Source of the DNA: Planctomycetota bacterium
GTDB lineage: Bacteria; Planctomycetota; SZUA-567; H5-PLA8
DNA length: 17,610 nucleotides
Assembly: GCA_045863855.1 (NCBI GenBank)
Contig: BTVV01000128.1
Span: 1 to 17,610, forward strand
Reading direction: 5' to 3'
A program made the translations under genes and the position numbers. The stretch's first letter is position 1; every line of letters starts with the position of its first letter. Below, in pieces: positions 14,471 to 17,610 of this stretch. The notes under the pieces were generated by a model. It was not told where the DNA came from. It worked only from the letters and a program-made list of their open reading frames with translations, and searched no databases.

Positions 14471-17092
14471 ATGACCGATCAAGCGCTGTGGGTTCAATAC
14501 TTAGGTGGGTCCGAGGACGCCTTTGCGAGCATCGTGGAACGGCACAAAAATCTGGTGTACGGCGTCTGCTTGCGCATGCTGCGCGACCCGGAGGAAGCCG
14601 AAGATGCCGCTCAGGCCACGTTCCTATTGCTGGTCCGGAAATCACGCACCATTTCTAAGCAGGTGGTGTTGAGCGGATGGCTGTATCGGAGTGCCGTTTT
14701 GGTGTCACGCAACGCCATCAAAATCCGGGCTCGGAGAGCCCGCCACGAAGAGAAAGCAGCCCGCATGCGCGAGTCCAAGTTTCTCCAAGCGGACGCAAGC
14801 TGGGAAGAAATTCGGCCGCAATTGGACGTCGCGCTGGATTGCCTGCCGCCATCGCAACGCGATGCACTCATATTGCGCTATATGCAGAACCGCTCCGTTT
14901 CGGAAGTTGCACGTGAGACCGGCGAGCACGAAGCCGCCATTTCCAAACGCATCACGCGCGGACTGGCGCGGCTTCGGGAACTGCTGAGGCGCCAGCACCT
15001 GGCCGTTTCTTCGGCGACTCTGGGAGCCTATTTGTCCTCCTCGGCCTCCGAAGCTGCGCCTGCGGCACTCGGCTCCACCATTCAGCAAATTTGTCTGGGC
15101 CAGGCGGCTGCCGGATCGACCGTTACGGCGCTGACCCAAGCCACGTTGCACGGCATGCTCATGGCCAAACTGAAAGTCGCGGCACTGGTTTTGCTCGCTG
15201 CCGTATGCATGACCACCGGTGCGGCCTTGGCCGCACGTACCGCATGGGCGCCTGATCAAGCTTTTTATATCGATTTCGAGAACGGTCAGGACGATCGCGA
15301 TGGCCGCAGTCCGGCAACAGCGTTCAAGCATTGCCCGGGCGATCCATCCGCCACTGGGCAAGCGGCCTCGGTGCGCCTCGGTGCCGGTGACAAAGTGATT
15401 TTCAAAGGCGGCGTGTCCTACCGAGGGGCGCTCTTGATCGATGCCCAAGGCACGCTTGAAGCGCCGGTCGTTTTCGATGGAAACACGAAAGGAAACTTTG
15501 GAGCAGGCAAGGCGATTCTTGACGGCGCAGAGCCCTTGGGTCCGTGGATTCGTTGTGCTTCGGCCGACGATGCACTCGGTCATCCGAACTGGCAACACCT
15601 GTATACGGCGTCCGTGCCGGGAGGTTTCCAGTCGATCTTTGCATTGAACTTGTGCGCGGGCGAACAGAGCCTCCGTATCGCCCAGGCGCCCGATCTGGAA
15701 GATTCGATCCTTTACGAAGTGCCCGAACGGTTTCTGACTTTGGAAACCGCTGCACTGCAAACCGATGCTTCCGAAACGCTGCTGCCTATCGAGAACGCGT
15801 TGCTCGCTCGTGGCACAGACCAGGCGTGGGCCAGCGCCTACGTGCTTTACCCAGCAGATTCCTTTCGCATGGCCTACGTGCCCGTCAAGCGTGGCGTGCC
15901 CACCCGCCAAGCGCTGGCGGTGAAGTCCATGGCCGTTTCCAAGCTGCCGGCTCAATTGCGCTACAGTATTTTGAATGCACTGCCGGTACTTGACCGGCCG
16001 GGAGAATACGTAGTCGATCCACAAGCCGACGGTGAAGGCCGGCATAAGGTTTGGCTATGGCCTCCCGATGGGTCCAATCTGCACGCGATCACCCGGTCGG
16101 CGCGCTCGACCGGCGCCGCCTTCAAGAACGCGGCTCATGTAGTGCTGGACGGTTTCGAGATTCGCCGGCAAGGCCACGGCCCGCAGGTGCACGGCATCGA
16201 AGGGACGACCCGTCATACCCTCATTACGCGCTGCGACATCGGGCAGATGCGACAGTGGCCGCGCTCCGGACGGCGAGGGGCGGCCGTCCGCCTAACCGAC
16301 TGCGAGCATGTGCGCCTCGAAGACTCCGTTTTTCACGACAATATAGGCGCCGCAGGGGTGATCGTGACGCGCGGCTCGCACATCGCCTTAAGCGGAAATG
16401 CGTTCATGCGAAACGGTTCGACGGCGCTGGATCTCTATCAATGCTCCGAAACCACCGTCGCGCGAAACACGATCTCGGACCATCGGGCGTACTTTGGAAA
16501 CGGCATCACCGTCGCAAGGGAATGCAGGCGGATCCTGATTGAACGCAACGTAATTCGCGGCGTGAAGAACTCCATCACGCTGGAGGACGCGGACACGGTC
16601 ACCGTCCGGCGCAACGTCCTCGACGACGGCATCTACATCTGGGGCGGTCCGTTGTCTGGCGACATCCTGGTGACACACAACGTTGTTCTTAGCGGCGGCA
16701 TCAGGATCGGGAGCAACACCAACGGATCCGGCAGCCATCACACGGAGATGAAGTTACTGGTGGCCAACAACATTTTGCCCGGAGCCATTCGAAATGCACT
16801 GGGCAAGCCTTTCACCAAAGCCGAGCGTGCCTGCAATCTTTACTTCGAGCCTGGCGAAAAGCCGGCGGTCACCTTGGCCGAAGGCGAAGCGATCACGCGC
16901 GGCTTGGCGCAATTATTCGCAGATCCAGCAGACGGCAGGTACCGCTTGAGCCCTGACAGCCCAGCTGTTGACGCAGGAATGGACCTGGAGAAGCGGAATA
17001 CTTTCCCCGACACCACACCGGTACTGGGACGCAAACCGGATATTGGGGCGTACGAGTTCGATCCTCGCGAAGCCCTTAACCCCAAGCCATAG
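14471..17092 (+). CDS. ECF sigma-70 factor fused through a transmembrane helix to an extracytoplasmic right-handed beta-helix domain (GH141-like)
   Basis: Sigma region 2: AF..IVERH...VYGVC.R.L.D.EEAEDAAQATFL.L..K...GWLY. Sigma region 4: LD.AL..LP..QR.ALILRY......EVA...G.....I..RI.RGL..LR. TM segment residues ~236-255 (VAALVLLAAVCMTTGAALAA). Then FYID...G.D..DG.SP.TAFK cap, LDRPGEY insertion motif, N/I/G beta-helix repeats and PDIGAYEF. RBS-like GGAG at 14464-14467. Confidence 0.93.
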   Translation: MTDQALWVQYLGGSEDAFASIVERHKNLVYGVCLRMLRDPEEAEDAAQATFLLLVRKSRTISKQVVLSGWLYRSAVLVSRNAIKIRARRARHEEKAARMRESKFLQADASWEEIRPQLDVALDCLPPSQRDALILRYMQNRSVSEVARETGEHEAAISKRITRGLARLRELLRRQHLAVSSATLGAYLSSSASEAAPAALGSTIQQICLGQAAAGSTVTALTQATLHGMLMAKLKVAALVLLAAVCMTTGAALAARTAWAPDQAFYIDFENGQDDRDGRSPATAFKHCPGDPSATGQAASVRLGAGDKVIFKGGVSYRGALLIDAQGTLEAPVVFDGNTKGNFGAGKAILDGAEPLGPWIRCASADDALGHPNWQHLYTASVPGGFQSIFALNLCAGEQSLRIAQAPDLEDSILYEVPERFLTLETAALQTDASETLLPIENALLARGTDQAWASAYVLYPADSFRMAYVPVKRGVPTRQALAVKSMAVSKLPAQLRYSILNALPVLDRPGEYVVDPQADGEGRHKVWLWPPDGSNLHAITRSARSTGAAFKNAAHVVLDGFEIRRQGHGPQVHGIEGTTRHTLITRCDIGQMRQWPRSGRRGAAVRLTDCEHVRLEDSVFHDNIGAAGVIVTRGSHIALSGNAFMRNGSTALDLYQCSETTVARNTISDHRAYFGNGITVARECRRILIERNVIRGVKNSITLEDADTVTVRRNVLDDGIYIWGGPLSGDILVTHNVVLSGGIRIGSNTNGSGSHHTEMKLLVANNILPGAIRNALGKPFTKAERACNLYFEPGEKPAVTLAEGEAITRGLAQLFADPADGRYRLSPDSPAVDAGMDLEKRNTFPDTTPVLGRKPDIGAYEFDPREALNPKP

Positions 17093-17105
17093 GGAGGACC
17101 TTTAG

Positions 17106-17610
17106 ATGCGCACCAGCCCCTACAAGCCCGAACAGACCTTGCGAGTGGGCCCCCCGGGTTCGATCGATTGCGATGTCACCGGTCTCACCGGCCGCGCGAT
17201 CCAAACCGCCATCGATGCGCTTGCTCTACAGGGCGGCGGCACGGTGGAGGTCGCGCCAGGCACGTACATTCTTCACGACGCCGTTCGCCTGCGCTCGAAT
17301 ATCCGGCTGATCGGCAATCGCGAAAGCACGATTCTGAAGCGCGGCCCCCTGGTTATCAGTGCGCTCAAGCTGGATGCAGACGTAGGTCAGGACGAGATTT
17401 CGCCGTTGGAGCCGGCAGGTTTCAAGACCGGTATGGGCGTGGCGCTTTATTCGCCTCAGACGGGATGGGCGTACACCTCAATGCCGTACACGATCACACG
17501 CATCGAGGCCGGCGTTTTATATCTGCACCATTACCTGACCCAGGACGTGCGGCAAGAATGCGATGGTGTAGTCGTAAACTACTTCCCGCTGATCCTGGCG
17601 GAACATGCGG
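17106..17610 (+). CDS. Right-handed parallel beta-helix (pectate-lyase-superfamily-like) protein, 3' partial (not in the ORF track)
   Basis: GGAGG at 17093-17097, ATG at 17106, frame open to the window end. MRTSPYKPEQTLRVG...AIQTAIDALALQGGGTVEVAPGTYILHDAVRLRSNIRLIG...TILK is the typical N-terminal motif of Pectate_lyase_3/GH28-like beta-helices. Confidence 0.9.
   Translation, partial: MRTSPYKPEQTLRVGPPGSIDCDVTGLTGRAIQTAIDALALQGGGTVEVAPGTYILHDAVRLRSNIRLIGNRESTILKRGPLVISALKLDADVGQDEISPLEPAGFKTGMGVALYSPQTGWAYTSMPYTITRIEAGVLYLHHYLTQDVRQECDGVVVNYFPLILAEHA

Noticed and set aside
14705..16045. 446-aa minus-strand ORF
   Set aside because: Lies entirely antisense to the ECF fusion gene and has shadow-type composition.
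1..17610. CRISPR array, tRNA/rRNA, defence-system or phage genes
   Set aside because: No regularly spaced repeats, RNA-gene signatures, or nuclease, RT or phage motifs were seen by eye; intergenic spaces are short.

Overview
GC-rich bacterial window. The membrane-anchored ECF sigma factor and giant secreted multidomain proteins suggest Planctomycetota/PVC, but this is inference. The window looks like an unclassified glycan-degradation locus built from two divergent regulator cassettes. Cassette 1: an AraR-like GntR/LacI regulator (10984-12036, +) faces a minus-strand operon across an AT-rich spacer that holds a perfect 11-bp inverted repeat. The operon encodes a ~1323-aa protein (beta-helix, FlgD-Ig, beta-propeller, CBM9-like), an SGNH/GDSL esterase, and a 1776-aa protein (propeller, GH42-like core, MG2-like, propeller, discoidin-like). 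Cassette 2: a secreted alpha/beta-hydrolase (12704-14194, -) faces an ECF sigma factor fused through one transmembrane helix to a GH141-like beta-helix (14471-17092, +), followed by a further beta-helix gene that runs off the window. A decayed IS982-family element (12073-~12690) lies between the cassettes, and a partial XRE-HTH gene starts the window. No rRNA, tRNA or CRISPR array was seen. All domain calls come from motif recognition by eye; no database searches were run.
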